A stretch of 53,970 nucleotides of DNA, counting the filler, from Sphacelaria rigidula (lineage: Eukaryota): the NCBI GenBank assembly GCA_964200075.2. It is 4 parts of 4 records of this genome, joined end to end, with 100 filler letters (N's around TTAATTAATTAA, not from the genome) between each part and the next. Parts side by side here need not be neighbours in the genome. Positions count along the whole stretch, not along the records: positions 40,556 to 53,970 come from CAXNAA020002895.1; 3 more parts are not named here. The stretch is one strand, 5' to 3'. The translations under genes were made by a program, and so were the position numbers. Under the pieces are notes generated by a model. That model was not told where the DNA came from. It did not search any database and was given only the letters and a program-made list of their open reading frames with translations. Of the stretch, positions 53,462 to 53,970 are shown piece by piece; position 1 is the first letter of the stretch; the number at the start of each line of letters is the position of its first letter.

Positions 53462-53550
53462 ACAAAAAAAAGGAATCCGTCGGGATTCGAACTCGTGACC
53501 TCCATAACTGGAGTCAACTGCATCACTTGGCAGCCAATCCACACGAAAAG
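53462..53550 (-). mobile_element. tRNA-derived SINE-like remnant
   Basis: Minus strand reads GAGGTCACGAGTTCGAATCCCGACGGATTCC followed by a T-run; B-box clear, A-box weak. Confidence 0.4.
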
Positions 53551-53970
53551 TTGGATGCTGCGCCAAATTTCTGGAAATTTGGCCGAAATTGCACCAGGAT
53601 CTCCACAACACAAGGACGCACAACTACACTAGTAATAGGGATGCCCCCGTATTTTTTTATTTTCACGGGAGTTATAGCATTTTTCTGGTTTTTGCAGAAA
53701 TTTCAAATCGCTCTTACATTTTTTGTTCGTCTTGGCATCCCCGGGACGGTTGTGCGTAGTAATGATGTAAATGTTGTGTCAAAATTTCAGCGCCCAACGA
53801 TTCGGATTACCCATCGCCCGGCCCGGATATATTCGCAAATCACCGTCAGCTGGCCCAGCTCGTATACGACTATAAAATACCAAAATAATACCGTTTCTTA
53901 CGGTTTGTTTTCTGGGAGGGGGGGGGAGGGGGGGGGTGTTCTTGTGATCCTGCATGGCATAGTCATAAGA

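Overview
Eukaryotic, intron-rich DNA that looks like a brown alga (Phaeophyceae, Ectocarpus-like gene structure and repeats; taxon is inferred). It is not one locus: four contigs of 13419, 13419, 13417 and 13415 bp are joined by artificial 100-bp spacers (N44-TTAATTAATTAA-N44), so nothing can be concluded from neighbourhood across spacers. Contig 1 (1-13419): 13 phase-compatible minus-strand exons of an EGF/GAIN-GPS polycystin-1/REJ-like membrane receptor, with LINE remnants and a MITE in its introns. Contig 2 (13520-26938): 3' part of an Mbb1/HCF107-like HAT-repeat gene, an unidentified convergent gene, an isolated PEX6-like exon, and hairpin and tandem repeats. Contig 3 (27039-40455): an RWP-RK (NIN-like) transcription factor gene and an unidentified multi-exon gene. 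Contig 4 (40556-53970): a Sec16-like C-terminal exon, an unidentified multi-exon (possibly beta-trefoil) gene or pseudogene, and RUVBL2 exons. The most unusual signals are a LINE family whose three copies all end at oligo-C tracts, a dispersed repeat whose hairpin loop is flipped between copies, an intronic foldback of about 185 bp, and several spliced orphan genes missed by the ORF track. Exon models were built by hand from splice signals and reading phase; no database searches were run.
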